Of a stretch of DNA of 64,000 nucleotides, positions 63,540-64,000 are shown one piece after another. Each line of letters starts with the position of its first letter. Positions within the stretch are counted from its first letter, which is position 1. The translations under genes were made by a program, and so were the position numbers. The notes beneath the pieces are model-generated. The model saw only the letters and a program-made list of their open reading frames with translations. It made no database searches and was not told the origin of the DNA. Origin of the DNA: Omnitrophica WOR_2 bacterium GWF2_43_52 (lineage in GTDB: Bacteria; Omnitrophota; Gorgyraeia; Gygaellales; UBA12090); NCBI GenBank assembly GCA_001805445.1, contig MHGF01000003.1:120429-184428 (forward strand), in the 5' to 3' direction.

Positions 63540-64000
63540 ATGAAGTTCTTAGTAACCGGCGGGGCGGGGTTTATCGGTTCACATATAACTGAGAGGCTGC
63601 TCAAAGAAGGCCATTTTGTAAGAATACTGGATAACTTCTGTTCAGGAAAAGATGAAAACCTCGCCTTTACCAAAGGGCTCGGTAAAGACAAATTCGAGCT
63701 CATCAGAGGAGATATCAGGGATAAGGCAGCCTGCGAGAAGGCCTGCGACGGCATTGATTACGTGCTTCATCAAGCAGCCCTGCGCAGCGTGCCAAAATCC
63801 ATGAAAGAGCCGGAAAGCTACAACGACGTCAACATTAACGGCACCTTGTTCCTGCTTCAGGCAGCCTCCGGGCACAAGGTAAAGCGCCTTGTGATGGCTT
63901 CCTCAAGCTCTGTCTACGGCGATACCGATACATTCCCGGAACAGGAAAGCGCCTACCCATTATTGATTTCTCCTTATGCCTTAAGCAAATTAGCCGGAGA
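63540..64000 (+). CDS. UDP-sugar 4-epimerase (WbpP/CapI-like NAD-dependent epimerase); 3' end outside the window
   Basis: MKFLVTGGAGFIGSH...LDNFCSGKDENL...YALSK. AAAGGAGG RBS. The frame is open to the window end. This ORF is not in the track because it is unterminated. Confidence 0.8.
   Translation, partial: MKFLVTGGAGFIGSHITERLLKEGHFVRILDNFCSGKDENLAFTKGLGKDKFELIRGDIRDKAACEKACDGIDYVLHQAALRSVPKSMKEPESYNDVNINGTLFLLQAASGHKVKRLVMASSSSVYGDTDTFPEQESAYPLLISPYALSKLAG

Overview
This 64-kb chromosomal segment carries about 58 protein-coding genes and one tRNA, all on the + strand. Every minus-strand ORF in the track is a shadow of a + strand gene. The gene content suggests a diderm bacterium: Wza-type polysaccharide exporter, a porin-like beta-barrel ending in Phe, lipoproteins, PilT, and a sigma-54-type promoter.

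Layout:
- 1-8.8 kb: surface-polysaccharide locus (GT2, MBOAT plus SGNH-like O-acyltransferase pair, SDR, GT4, WecA-like fusion, O-antigen-ligase-like).
- 8.8-50.4 kb: housekeeping genes. These include a PriA homolog, fmt, two tandem GalT-like HIT genes, and gap-pgk-tpiA-secG. They also include an oligopeptide-type substrate-binding protein, guaB-like/guaA, dnaE, hup, hisS, aspS, phoH-HD-ybeY, recO, panE and polX. The remainder are an NfnA-like gene, an NfnB-like::PanB fusion, PilZ::PilT, glyS, ppdK, a sigma-70 factor, apt and tRNA-Arg(CCT).
- 50.4-64 kb: accessory-looking region. It starts with a 3x tandem 120-bp repeat array and a porin-like OMP. Next come a RAYT-type HUH transposase with cognate REP hairpins and a GH57 - membrane CBM-like - ParA::CBM48 module, which is my top candidate for a novel system (glycogen-granule positioning). 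After these come a nitroreductase, a histone-H1-like/EF-Tu-D2-like small protein and a small Cys-rich protein. The region then holds a sigma-54 promoter and an EPS export locus (Wza/Wzz/ExeA-like ATPase/BY-kinase). It ends with a four-helix-bundle cassette flanked by inverted repeats and a UDP-sugar epimerase.

The window is peppered with at least 6 families of small palindromic/dispersed repeats, including two copies of a MITE with 13-bp TIRs.

Coordinates for CDS come from the ORF track (starts re-chosen by residue offset). Coordinates for RNA, repeats and hairpins were counted by hand and may be off by 1-2 nt.
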